A DNA stretch of 64,000 bases from Haplodiscus bocki. Lineage: Eukaryota. The position numbers and the translations under genes are program-made. This document shows, piece by piece, positions 25,601 to 38,151 of this stretch (position 1 is its first letter; each line of letters opens with the position of its first letter). Location of the stretch: NCBI GenBank assembly GCA_965655095.1, contig OZ296658.1, positions 76,384,001 to 76,448,000 on the forward strand. The letters are read 5' to 3'. The notes under the pieces are model-generated. The model made no database searches, was not told the origin of the DNA, and saw only the letters and a program-made list of their open reading frames with translations.

Positions 25601-27497
25601 CCGCCATCTGCAAGCAGTGATACGCTTGGGAGCAATCAAGCTTACAGAATAGTGATTTTCCAGCCAGGTGTTGTGCTGCGTCTGACAAAGTCCTGACTGG
25701 ATGTTTATTATTAGTATAATCATCTGCAATCAGGGTGTTGATTTTCCTGAGATCCACAAGGAGACGTATTTTTCCGTTGGGTTTCCTCTGTGCAAATATG
25801 GGGCTTGCGTATTTTGAGAACGATAACTCCGTGATGATCCCATGCTTGTGCATAAGGGCGAGATCAACAATTAAGTCTTCTTCCAGATGGATTGGCATTG
25901 GTAAGCTCTGGCTTTAAACAGCTTTATCATCCTTTGGTGTGAGTTTTACCTTTAACTCTGTATTCATTCCAATATCCATTCTCTGTCTAGTAAATATATC
26001 ATGATATTCAACTAGAATGTCTTCAAATGCTTGTTTCTCAGTTTCCATGAGCAGTGTGTCTGTCCAATCAAATCTTTTTAGGAATTCCGTTCGTGATTCA
26101 CTGTCATCTTTTGGATTTAGTTTTTCCTTTCGTTGCAATTCACAGAGTTCTGTGAGGATCCGTGTTTGAATCGGGGTATGATCTTCTGTGTTGCCAGGAT
26201 TTTTGGGTGTCGGAAACCAGAAAGTATTGTTTTGTTGAATTCGTTCATTTGTTCTGAGTAGCTCGGTCAGGTAAGTAACCAGATCTGGGTCACCTTCAGG
26301 AATCATACTAAGTATTGCCGTGTCCACTGGTTTAAAAAATTTGGATTGCTCCGCAGTCACTACGGAGAACTCGACAATTTGTGTGTTTTGGTTGATTGTA
26401 TAAGGTGATTCCGTTGTGTTAGTTACTCTGACTGCTATTTTCCTGTCAATTATTGTTGACATTGAATGGGATATGATTAGGTTCGCGGCTTTTGTGAATT
26501 TTTCCAGTGGGGTCACAGTGCCTGTTGTATTCCATTCCGATGAGTGGTCAACAAATGCTGTAATTGTTTTCGTTGTCATCTGTGGTATTGTTATACTATC
26601 GTGAATGAGAACAGGTTGAGGCTTAGCACTTGCTTGGCTTGATGCACTTTTGACTTGCATTGTCAAATGGGGAAAATGGATGAGACCGTGCGTGGTATCA
26701 ATGACCACACTGTTGTGTTTCATGAAGTGCAAACCAACAATTGGTCCTGTCAAATTCTTCATCACTACGAAGTGTTCTGCAAATATATGATCGCCAATGT
26801 CAAATTTAAGTGTGGCTGTTGCTGTTGGCTACTCTAACTGGCCATTTGCTACTTGGATTTGAAAATTGGGCGGATCATCGGTTTTTAGGATGTTAGACAG
26901 GGCTTGCTGTTGAATTCTGTCCAATTCTTTCTGGGCTATTGCACTAACATAGGCTCCCGAGTCATTAAGGGCATTTATTGTTAAGCCATTCTCAAAATCC
27001 AGAGGGACATACAACATTTCCTTCTTTCGTTTGAGGACAATTGTGGAGGATAGTGGCATATATAACTCATTAGTAATTTCATCTCTCACAAGTTGTTCTT
27101 GAATTTGTGAAGTTGTAAATTCAGGAGGAGAAGTGTTATCATTTCCATTGCCCTAGGTTGTCAGACCTATTTCATTTCGTTGGATTTCGTTTTGTTGTTT
27201 GTTGGAGTCATTGGGGCACTGTACTGGTATGCTCCTAATTTGGTTTTCAAGGAGTGATTCCGTGTCGGATCCGGATACTTGAGATGAGGTTTCCTTTATT
27301 GTCGACGTCTGTGCTTCTACATCATTTTTCTGTTTGGGCGTGTGGGTATGTTTATTAGTTTCATTAGTCAGATCATTATGAATATTAGTTAAGTGAGTCT
27401 CCTGAGGTTGCTGCCAGACAACCTCTGGGATTGGTGGAAGTGTTAAATGATTTACCTCCGGTCTGTCAGTTGCAGCTCCGGAGTGGAGACGTGGCAT
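22615..27497 (-). pseudogene. pol: Pol polyprotein (protease, RT, RNase H, integrase with GPY/F motif) of Gypsy element 1, broken by a few stops and frameshifts
   Basis: Protease ALNDSGAYVS; RT LLVDLRKIN, LDCSQAYH, QGLSRS, YVDD (~25435-25446); RNase H LMTDASF, YSKEFLA, LTDNKS; integrase HREFGKH...CGQC, QIDLV, ISDKG, GLLER; WIGPY at ~23130. The PR-RT-RH-IN order indicates Gypsy. Confidence 0.92.
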
Positions 27498-27499
27498 AT

Positions 27500-29107
27500 T
27501 CAGTTTAAATTTTGGGCTACAGCCTGGCTATTTTCTTTTGAGTCATTTTGAACAGCTCTTTCTTGGACCTGACTTTGTCTTTCCGGATTTGTCTGCCGGG
27601 GAGGCGGTCTATTGGCTGCATTGACTCCATGATAGCATCTCTCTGTCGAATAGTTTGTCTTACCACATGTCTCACAGGGTGAGTAAACAAATTTTGGCTT
27701 CCTTTCGGTTCTGTTACTGTTCGTGTTGTTGTTGTTAGGATTGTTGACGTTGCCGTTGGGGTTAGACGTTTTGGCATCACTGTTTTTGTTTCCAGGATTG
27801 TTTTGATTATTTTCAGCTTGTTCTCGCTGTTTTTTCAACAATCGGCACTGATTTTTATAATGTCCTGGTTTTTTACAATAATGGCACGATGGTTTGGCTC
27901 TGTCAGCACTTGCATTGACAGTATTGTGGCTCACAGTACTTATTTGTAGCTCGTCAGTGGCTTCCCAACCATTTAGTTCTAGTTCCTTTTCTAGGTGTGT
28001 CACAATCTGTTCATATGTGCCGTTTTCCAAGTGGGCCTGATTCATTGATTTTTTCAGGTGCGGTGGCATCTTGGCATATATGAATTGTTCAATGATGGCA
28101 TGGGCAGCAATTCTGAATGCGTCTTTGGCCAGTTTTTGAAGTTCGTCAAGAAAATCTACTAACTTTTGATTTGCTGGGTTGAAGACAAGTTTTTGGAATT
28201 TATGTTCTGCTGTCGCCATTGATTGGGGTTTTACATATTTCTTTCGAAAAACTGCCAGAATTTCTCCCAGATTCTCTGGGGTAGGGCCATTTATGTTTTT
28301 AAATGTTTGTAATGCATCTCCCCTCATGACAGAATAGAAGTAGTTATTTCTGTCCTCCTCTGTCAACTGATTGTGGATTTTGAGATTCGTTTGGAACAGA
28401 TCTTCAAACAACTCGAACGTTTCAGATTTCCAATCAAACGTTGGCATCGTTGTCGTGAGTGACTTTGGCAATTTGGAAATTCTGTTAATATTGTTAGGGA
28501 AATTTGCAGAATTTTTGTTGTTTGCTAACTGCTGAAGTGCCAACAAAATTTGGTCTGCCTCAATCGTCGCAGGGGTGTTTTCGCTGCGAAATTGGGGTTG
28601 ACTTGTAGAGCGGTTCTTTTTCTGCTTTCCGGAAGAAGTGCTAGGGGAGCAGTACATAACTTTTTCGTGAACTCCTGTCACCATGTCCTGACCAGCTGCA
28701 CTCTCTCTTTGGACTCCTGTCGCCATGTCGTGGCGATCCTCTCGGCCATAGAAGAGGAGGCCTGCTTCACGATGAGGGTTACTCTGGGAGTCATCCTCAT
28801 TCGTTCCCTGGTTTATACTAAACCTATTCCGGGACATCTCCGGAGTGGTTCCGGAGTGGCCCAGGAGTAGTGGGTTCATGAGGAAGTCATCAAGTCTTGC
28901 TAGCGCACCTAGTTTACGATTTTCCGTTCTGCTAGGTTCTTGCGACAACCTTTTGGTGACCCTTCCTTCAATTTCCTCGGAAAATTGAGTTATAGAGTCC
29001 TCCTGTGATCTGGGAACATTTGAGTTTGATGCCAATTTACTGCTGGGATGTTCCTCAAAGTTTTCCTTATTCAAAGCTGCCAGTTTCTTTTTGTTGCGAG
29101 TTGCCAT
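27500..29107 (-). CDS. gag: Gag polyprotein (535 aa) of Gypsy element 1
   Basis: Uninterrupted ORF; capsid-like region (MPTFDWKSETFELFEDLF...); CCHC knuckle CHYCKKPGHYKNQC and a second, degenerate knuckle CETCGKTNYSTERC. Confidence 0.9.
   Translation of the reverse strand: MATRNKKKLAALNKENFEEHPSSKLASNSNVPRSQEDSITQFSEEIEGRVTKRLSQEPSRTENRKLGALARLDDFLMNPLLLGHSGTTPEMSRNRFSINQGTNEDDSQSNPHREAGLLFYGREDRHDMATGVQRESAAGQDMVTGVHEKVMYCSPSTSSGKQKKNRSTSQPQFRSENTPATIEADQILLALQQLANNKNSANFPNNINRISKLPKSLTTTMPTFDWKSETFELFEDLFQTNLKIHNQLTEEDRNNYFYSVMRGDALQTFKNINGPTPENLGEILAVFRKKYVKPQSMATAEHKFQKLVFNPANQKLVDFLDELQKLAKDAFRIAAHAIIEQFIYAKMPPHLKKSMNQAHLENGTYEQIVTHLEKELELNGWEATDELQISTVSHNTVNASADRAKPSCHYCKKPGHYKNQCRLLKKQREQAENNQNNPGNKNSDAKTSNPNGNVNNPNNNNTNSNRTERKPKFVYSPCETCGKTNYSTERCYHGVNAANRPPPRQTNPERQSQVQERAVQNDSKENSQAVAQNLN
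27503..27509 (-). promoter_or_regulatory. -1 ribosomal frameshift slippery heptamer U UUA AAC at the gag/pol junction
   Basis: Gag ends AAT TTA AAC TGA; the -1 frame reads TTT AAA CTG AAT ATG CCA into the pol ORF 27153-27497. A GC stem CTCCGG...CCGGAG lies downstream at 27456-27483. Confidence 0.75.
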
Positions 29108-30024
29108 TCTACGGAAAAGTGTTTTGACGATTAATGATTGGTTGTCTTTTTATTGTAGAGTCAAATTGGTGGTTTACAGTATTAACGTTAGGAAATAAAG
29201 AATAAATGAAGAATAAATGAAGACTGGTTAAGTATCGGCAGTACTTATCAATCAAAAATAATTGTACATTCGTTCTGAAGAAGGTTCAATACAATTCCTA
29301 AGAGTTTTCGAAAAGGTTCTGAAAAGCTCTTGAAAAATTATGAAATGTTCCCTTGAAGAGCTTTCAAAAGTTCTGCAAAGTTCTGTCGAATTCCCCAAAA
29401 GTTCTGATGTTGTACTTTCGTTTCTCCTATTTATACTTTTTCCTGGCGGGAAACATAATTGTTTGCACGCCAAGTCAAAGTACAAATAAGGAAAAGTACT
29501 GTCGAAAGGTATAGCATCAAAGGTAAGAGTGCCGACTCTGGCGGGAAATAAACAACTTTTCCATCCATCTCTTCCCTCATAGGACGCGCCTTTTCCATCT
29601 TTCGACAGAAAATGGATGGTCCTAGTCCGTCAGAGATGGACATCAAAGTGTTTATTCCCGCGCCGACACTTTTGCTTACAGTTCTACAAAAATATTCCGT
29701 AAATGGAAAAGGAAAAAGATTTCCTTAATTGTAAAAATGGATTAAAAAATAAATATGGAAATGCATGACTTTAAATAATATAAATAATCATCACCCTCAC
29801 ATTCACCTCATCAATAACGACAGCTCATTAGTTCTTACTCTTTGGAAATGAAGAGAAACTAGTAGCACTACTAGTTTACTCCTCATTCGTACGAGTGGCA
29901 CTAGTGGATTCCGGAATGATTCCGGATTCGTTCCGCATTCACTAGTAGTGGTCGTATTCTTTGCTCAAATGAGGAGTAGTTCCGGAATGATTCCGGAATC
30001 ACTACAGCGCGGCAGAGTAATAAT

Positions 30025-30309
30025 AGTAGCGACGGAACACGTACGGAACAAATATTCACTCCTAGAGTCAATACACTTGAAATCAGTCGTTGTGCTTATA
30101 GCATCAATTTAATTGTAGTTTCTAATTAAACTGCAATTCGTGCAATCAATCAAACCGTCAGATTCATTGAAAAAGGTCGATTTATATTTAAAAATTAATT
30201 AATTATTTTATTGTAAAAATACCACCTTTGAAGTTAATAATACTCTATGAATACTGGTTTGTTCCGTAACGGTTCCGTCTTAGTCCGGAAAAAATAGTAA
30301 GTATCTACA
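30025..30309 (-). repeat. 5' terminal repeat (LTR-like) of Gypsy element 1
   Basis: Direct repeat of 16095-16352; runs from (a)GTAGCGACGG to ...TCTACA, resembling TG...CA LTR ends; lies ~900 bp upstream of the gag ATG. Confidence 0.8.
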
Positions 30310-33300
30310 TATGCAAGTTTTGCACTGTTCATGATTCGATTCGATAAAAGTGAACTCTTCAGATGAGTGGAGTAAAAGCAAAATATACTTTCTCGATCCG
30401 TTCTTCGAAACTCTCCAGCGTCTACATCGTTGCTCAATCGCAAGAAATTCCAGCGTTTTTATGTCAAAAAAGAAGGATAAAACAGGCAACATTGAATTTG
30501 AAGCTCTTCATTGATGATAGAAAATCAAAAAGGAGGTGGAAAAGAGAACCGCAAAGAAAACACTTTCTTTGCAGCACTGTTTTTTTGATATGAAAGCACA
30601 TGGAATGTAAGGATGTAAGTTTATCTGTTTTTTATTCCAAACGCGGAGGGCGTCAATTTGTTTCATCAGTTTTCCAATTAGAATAATTTCTATATTTCAA
30701 AACTAAAGACATTGAACCACACGCTGTCGAAACACTATTTCCGGGCCAATTTTGAAGAGCACTACTGATTCTTGTTGAAGTTTTGTTTTTCATTCGGATT
30801 CTAAATATAGTCAGTAGACTGACATAAGTGCACCTTACTTTCTCTGAATACGTTTTTGTTCTTCCTGATTGATGCTTTTTTCTCTAAGATGGACTTGCCA
30901 TTGTTTTTTGTTCGTACCCTGTAGCAGTTCCCAAGTGTGACCTGACACTTAGTTAGGTCAAAAATTTGATGCAACGTCAAGGGCTCTCTCGTCCATTTTT
31001 TCTGAAAAAAAATTGCCCAACAAATGCCTCTTGGCCAGACCGATTTGGTCCAACACACGTTGAAAAGGTCAAACAATGCCAACTTCGTGTTTTCTCACCG
31101 AGGTTGTGATATTATAAAACGAATGAGATTATTATTAAATGAGCTGCATTTGCTATCATTTAGTGCTTCATCCGGTTCAATGAGCTGGGATCCATCTTGC
31201 AACATTTCCAAAGTATACTTTCGTCAAGAAACGTGAACTTATAGTGGTTGATATTTTTTGATGTTGAGACGATGGTGTTCAACAAAAGTTAGTTTTTTTA
31301 GGTGTTCGGCTTCAAAGAAAGTGCTCTTCGATTGCTCGGCCTACTTTCTGATTTGCAGTACAGTTTTCTTTTAGAGTCTCTGAACGGCCCGAGTTCGTGG
31401 GCCTTTAATTTGAAGAGTTTTTTGTAGAGTGACACAAACTGTTTCCCATGTTTCTGTCCCAACTAGGCCAAATTTCTAATTATCCTCAACGATGGGCATT
31501 CTGATGGTAAATCTATGATTTTTCTCCAGATTCGGTCTGATTTTGACCGTTTTTAAAATTCAACTGTTTTTAATGAAATTGCACCGAAAGTCTCGAATAT
31601 TGTTGGTGGATTCACTGAGCGTTTTCCAGAGCTGCTTCTTTTTGTTTTGGAAGTTTGAAAATCTTGCGTTATTCTTGAAGGCGTTTCAGTGCAGTCCAAT
31701 TCTGTCATGTTCGTCATTGAAGGGTTACACCTTTCTTTTTCTAAGGTGTTTCGCCAGATTTTTATAATCAACCTTTTCGACCAACTGCTTGAGTTGTACT
31801 GCATGGAGTTTAGCCAATGACTTAATCTCTACACACACTGGAAAGTTTCCCTAACTGAAAATCCTGAAAACCTCCATTACATATTATGTTTCAAGTGGTG
31901 TCTGTTTGAGGAGAGGGGTTAGAAATGCACCAGTCGATGATGCTTCAACCGTTTGTTGCTAGGAAGGCTGGTTCAACTTTATCGAAAACAGACAAGGTTT
32001 CTTTTTTTTACTAACAAAGTTCCCTGATTATTTGCGGATGTGTCCACCCGTTAGATGTGTCCAGCAAACAAATCTACGCAGAACGGCATGCCCGCGAAGT
32101 TGCTGCAGTCGATGAGGTGCGGAGTGGATTTGTATCGATGGGAAAAGATTTGATTCGACTGCCTGCTATTTGGCTGTATGTAAGTTGTGTTGATTTGAAC
32201 CTCTAAATCATGGATGCTCATTGAAAAAAACAGTCATTGTAGATGGATACGAGTTGAAATTTTCTGTTATGTCGAAAAATCTCTCTCTAAACTGTTGCTG
32301 CGCTCTGGTAATTGTTTCAGTTTCAATAAGTTAGTCGCCGACTGCGTCGACGTTGAGAGGAAATTTCAACTAGTTAAAGCACGTGCAGTTTGATTGTTTT
32401 TGGTTGGGAAATTTTGTTCATCCAATTTTGATATACTTGGGGACTCCGTTTAGGTTAAGTTCGAGGAATCATCAAGGCCCACGCTTCATCGCTGTTTTCT
32501 CCCAGTTTGTTGATACGTTGCTGAATTGGTGCAAGTTTTGGCCTTCTACGAACATTGTGTACTGTGGAACTTCGTTCTATGCAAGTTAGACAATCAATTC
32601 AGTCGGCCAAAAGGTTTCCCTTGCAGTTTAAACAATTTATTGGTTTTTAAATAGAAGACCGATCAAAAATGCGGTTTACGCTGCAGTGGCCACAGATTTG
32701 CTTCAAATTGCAGTTTGAGTTGATTTGCTCATATTTTTGGCAGTTAAAACCGCGTCGTAATTAACTTCTCCTGTTCAACTCTGGTTACCATGTAGAACAA
32801 TAAAGTTAATTAAACATTGAGGAATCGTGTGTTTATGATTTCGTCAACAACGCGCTTGTTTCGGATTGAAGAGGTTAACTCGGAGTCATCTGTATCTTTA
32901 GGCAACCTCTTGAGATTGACAATTCTCGTCTGATCTGCTATCGTGTCCGGTTTCTCGGATTCTGCTCCGACTCCCGAAGAATTTTGGTTTCCAGTTCTCG
33001 ATTGCTTCTCTGGCTTCGTTCTCAGTCAGAATTTTGGGGTTATCGGATATCTAAAAAAAGGTAATTTGTGAGAATCTTAAAACCGTCAAAAAAACGATTG
33101 ATTTACGATCGGTCATAAAAGTATATTTATGTGACATGTTATAAATCTGGGCTGTCGAGTTCGATAGCTTTCGCAAAGCAACGGTCGGCTTTCGACAGTG
33201 GGTATGTTTTAACTAAAGATCTATCCGCCGCGTTTCTACGGATGAGCTGAACAAAACCAAAATCCTACCAGATGACGACGAGTTTCGTCCAACAGCATTT

Positions 33301-33989
33301 ACTGATTAAGGGTTTCTAAGCTAGAAGAGGCGGCCATTTGCTTGGTTGCAACAATTCTTCAAGTTTCACGTTAACACGCTAACTCTTTTCTAAAAATGAG
33401 AAAACCTTTTTATTTCTCAACTCTGAAATAACCTCTCATGAAACTCTCCACAATCTTCTGGTTTTACATAGGTTCAGAGGAAGTGAAGAGTGGTGAAAAG
33501 GGTCATCAAAATCATCTATCATCCAAGTCTCAGCCTCAGCTCAACTGCGTCACTTGCACAACAAATCGCATCTCCATCGCGTATCTAAATAGATCTCCAT
33601 TGCAGATGAAAATCTCAACCTCATCTTGATAAATCTCATCTCTCTCCAAAATAAATCTCATCTCCATCGCAATTCAGTTCAACAGAAATTGATTAGCTCT
33701 GTGAATACCTTGTTGAAATTTTTTCTCTCTCGTGGGATTCGCGAAACGCCAACCGTGGTTCGTTGCGAGGGAGAATTACTTCTAGACGGAGCATTTCAAG
33801 AGGAAGTACTGAACGCAGAAACATCGGGGACTGGGTATCGGGGCAGAGGAGATAGAATGCGTGCCGGTTACAGAGGCGGCAGATGCAGAGCCCCAAATCC
33901 AAGAAGACACCCATGAGTGCGCGAATGGTCACAATCGCGAGAGAAGTTTTCTGAATCTGATCGAGAAATGGGATTTCAAAGTGATAGTT

Positions 33990-36900
33990 GCCGGAACTGC
34001 GGTCAACGTGGTCACTGGGCTAGAGAGTTTGAAAATTTTTCAAGTGTGGACGTTCACAACATTTCAGTGGAGATTGTCTGTTTCTAAACTGAAAAAGGCT
34101 GTTGTTGATATTGCCGCATATATGCCCACCAATAAACAGGCCAAAGTAAGAATGACGGGAGAAATGAAGTCAACGACAACGTCAGCGTTATAAGCGACGC
34201 TGCTGATACAACGCAGACTAGCTTTTACGTTGGTGGATAGCAGCAGTGTATCTTTAGTGTGCTGGACTTTTTTACAATCAACGGGTTTCAGTTGGGCATT
34301 GGAAGTCCACAGTTGAAAAAATCTTACAGCGATTAGTACATCAATGCCTGTAAAATAAACAATAGAGCCCATAGTTCTACTGGAAATATTTGCATCCGAA
34401 TTTTGGGCCGCTTTCCTAAAATCGACAGTAGACACATTTCATTGTTTGCTCGAGTTTAATTTTTCGACCAAAAAAGATTGCATACTGTGTGCCAAGGAAA
34501 AAACTCTTCTGTAGGAAGATATGCCGACGTTACAACTGAATGCAAGACCAAAAACGAAGTAGTCAACGTACTTAACATTAGTTTCAACAAGAACAGTTCC
34601 AGGTAGGAGCGACAAGTTACTGCAATGCGTATTAAGAAACGAAGACGTTTCGTAAATTTGCTACTACGAAGGAATGGTTACTCCATTTGAATTTTTCCAT
34701 GTTTTCAGTGCGTTCTGGGTATCACAAGAGCCAGTTAGCGATAACGCGGGAATATTTAGGGTACGTTAATCAGTTTTTCATGAAGAAGATAGTGTTACAT
34801 ACAGAAACTTCCGAGTCTGCTTGCTTCAAACTTTTGAGTTTGAGCATCGAACATTTTCTGTACGAACAGAACCGACAGAAGTCGCTGGAAAAGTTCAGTT
34901 TCGAGAAACCCGTTAGAATTGATGGCCAGCACTTGTTTTTACCTGATTTTAATAAATAAAAATGTTAATTGAAAAAGTTGCGAAAATCTTTTCGAAGAGT
35001 GCAAGCGACTTATGACTTCTGTTTCAGTAATCAAATAGAACAGGAAATCAAATTGAAACCGGACGCGAAACATTTTCGTGGCACATATGGTAAAATGAGT
35101 TGTGACAAGGGAGAAGCAATGAAAAAAATTGTGGAGAGACTAGCGTACCTAATCACTCTAACACACTCCGATTGAGCTGTTTTGAGCATACTGGTCCCTA
35201 AAAAAGATGGGAGGTACCATTTGATCATAGACTATCGTGGACTTAACAAGCAAAAAAAACCTGATGGCCTCTTCCAAAAATTGAATACGTGGTTGATTCT
35301 TCGGAACGAAGTATGTTTTTTTTGAGCATTGATTTAACGTCAGGATTTTTTCAAATGGTTTTGAAAGGGGAAAGCCAAAAGTTAACAGCTTTCAATACTC
35401 CAAGGGGACTCTACAAGTGGACACGACTACCAATGGGACTGGCATCTGCACCTGGAGCATTCCAAAAACTAATGGAATTTGCGTTGAGTGACCTTTCTTA
35501 CCAAGTTGTCTTGGTGTATTTGGACGACATAGTTGTATGCGGAAAAAGGTTTGAGGAACATTTACTACGTTCGGAGCAAGTTTTTGCGCGACTCGAGGAA
35601 AACAGTCTCAAGATGGAAAGTTCTGATCGTAAAACTTTCCAGAGAAGAATTCATGTTTTGGGGCAAGTTGTGCAAGAAAAAGGAGTGGTAGTGGATTTAG
35701 AAATACTGGCAGCAGTAGAAAAATTGAAATCACCAAGCAATTTGAAAAAATCACGAGCAGTGCCGGGTTTAGGTGTTTTCTATAGCAAGTTTACTTCGGG
35801 TTTCGGAACAACTTCAGATTTTCCACACCTACTACTGAAGAACGAGTAGATTTTTTTTGGACAAAGGAGTGCGAAGATGCATTGCAAGATTTGAAAGAGA
35901 AACTTCTATCAGCACCTATCCTGGACTACCCAAACATCCGCGATGAGTACACTTTGTTCACAGATGCAATTCTGACTGGTACCGGTGCAATTTTGACTCA
36001 AAACCCAAAAGGAATCAATTGAGTTATTGCATATGCAAGCAAGAATCCAAAAAAGCCAGAGCAACTATTCCGCAACAAAACGTGAGGTTTTTGCTGCTGT
36101 GGTTCACATTAGGAATTACATCAGGACTTACCTGATATGTCGGAAACTTGTAATTATCACAAACCATCGAGCATTGGTGTGGCTGTATAGTCTCAACGAC
36201 CCCAAAAATGTAAATACAAGATGGCTTGAAGAGTTGGGATAATTTAACTCTGGTATAAGACATAACACTGGAAAAGACATACCTCATGCGGATTGTCTGT
36301 CACCAGTTCAAACTTTTGAGAATGACATAACGATGTTTGTGACCGCTTTAATGAGAGTGACACAGGAACTGGAAGTGATACAACTAACCCATGGAAAGTT
36401 TTTGAAGTCACTGACCGGAAAAGCAGCGAAATGAAATAGAAACACGATGAAAACCCAACCAAAGTCTTTATTTGGCTAGGAAAAAACAGAGACCCATAAG
36501 ACAGGAGCCTGAAATGAATTCTGGAAATTCTTGGTTGATTTTTAAAAAATAGAAATGTTGATGGACTTCTCTATAAGAAGGAAAAAATGAAAAAGTGGAC
36601 AAGTAAGGCAGCAATTTCTTGTTGCTGAGACTTAAAATTCACAAATTTTATTTTGTCTCCATGAATCTCCGTGTGCGAGACATTTTGGTATCGAGATCAC
36701 TTATCAATGGGTCCAAAAGCATTTCTTTTCTTCTGGCATAAATGGTGTTGTCTGGGACTGGGTTGATAGCTGTGATCAGTGCCCGGGAAGGAAAGGAACG
36801 CCGCAAAAACAGAGACACAGTCTCACAACCTGGCAGCCTAGTCATCTTATCTGTCAAGTATCGCTAGACGTGATGGGGCCCTTACCTGTTTCGGAGGGAA

Positions 36901-37700
36901 CTTAGTACTATCTTGTAATCGGTGAACAGTTCAACTAATGGTAAGAAGCCGTAGGGATGCAAAACAAAGACAATTAAACAGTTGCCCTAGCTTTGGTCGA
37001 AATGTGCATAACTAGATTCGGCTGCCCTGTCCACCACCACAGTGATGAGGGAACGAACTTATTGTCTAAACACTTCCATGCACTTTGTCGGACTCTAAGC
37101 ATTGAAAGGATTTCAAAAACGTCGTTTCACCCTGAAGAAAATGCAGTGATTGAAAACACGAATAGACAATGGGAAGAATGCCTCTTTAAATATGTAGATG
37201 ACCATCAGGAAGAGTGGAAAGGTTATCTTCAGCTGATAATGATGGCCTACCGCTCTTACGTTTACGCAGAATCAAAATAGAGCCCTGCCTACGTGGTGCT
37301 AAGTACGCCTCTGATACTGCCGATTGACTATATGTACGACACGCGTCCTACAGAACACTTCCCGACACCAAGCAATTTTATCTTCAATACGAAGAGAGAA
37401 ATGCAGTGAGCACACCAAATGGTGAGACCAGAATTGGCGGCAGAAAAGCCTCGCCAAAAGACATATTACGATTCTCCTGCTTATGGTCCTACGTACAGTG
37501 AAGGAGAGCAGGTTCTTGTTTTCTTTCTAACTCTGAAAAAACCAAAGACAAAAAGGTCACGTCTTTTTACACGAGACCTTACACCCTCCTTGAGAATGTT
37601 AACTATCGAGACTTTTGCGTCCGTAAAAACGGAATGAAGAAAATTTTAAATGTGCATTACATGAGATTGGAGAAGTACAAAACTCGAGAGCAGTTTTTCG
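33990..37700 (+). pseudogene. pol: gag C-terminus + pol remnant of Gypsy element 2
   Basis: Knuckles CRNCGQRGHWARE(F) and CGRSQHFSGDC (~33990-34078); protease TLVDSSSVSLV (~34226); RT LVPKKDG, IDYRGLN, IDLTSGFFQ, LPMGLASAPGAFQ, YLDD; RNase H LFTDA, YSATKRE; integrase HES...HFG, CDQC, SLDVMGPLP, HSDEGTN, HPEENAVIE. Many stops and frameshifts. Confidence 0.9.
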
Positions 37701-38151
37701 TGCGAATGAAAAAATTAGCAGGCGTCAGCAACAGGGGGCGACTTCTTCAGTTGAAGAACGGTTGACGACCTCGTCGAAGTGAAGGTGGAAGACAAAAAAC
37801 TACCTGACCACGCAAAACACAGGGTGGCAGCAAACGAAGCAAACCTTGAGGAATGAGCACCCCAATGCATACAGAACGAAATCCCAAATATTAGGACTAG
37901 CAAAGACTCGGATAGGAGCATCAGTCTTGCCTCTGGCGAATTATGGTCTAAAAGTTTCGGTAAACCAAGCGCAAGTGCGAAAAACCTACGCTAAAAAAAG
38001 TAGGAAGAAGTCCGTACCACCACTTAGCGAAAAAATTACGCATGCTTGCTCGTTACTAAAAAGATTTGTTGACTATTTCGTCTATAGTGACAACGATGAT
38101 AATGATGATAATGGTGTTGTTTCTGCTTCAAGAGGCACGTGAGATGTAACA

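Larger units (their letters stand above)
16095..30309 (-). mobile_element. Ty3/Gypsy LTR retrotransposon (~14.2 kb) with two accessory genes between pol and the 3' terminal repeat
   Basis: gag then PR-RT-RNaseH-IN on the minus strand. Bounded by ~260-bp direct repeats (16095-16352 and 30033-30289). The right end finishes ...ATCTACA at 30309 (TGTAG on the minus strand); the left end runs into the N gap. Confidence 0.88.

Noticed and set aside
31024-31070. LGQTDLVQHTL resembling the Gypsy pre-RT motif
   Set aside because: No RT motifs follow; likely coincidence.
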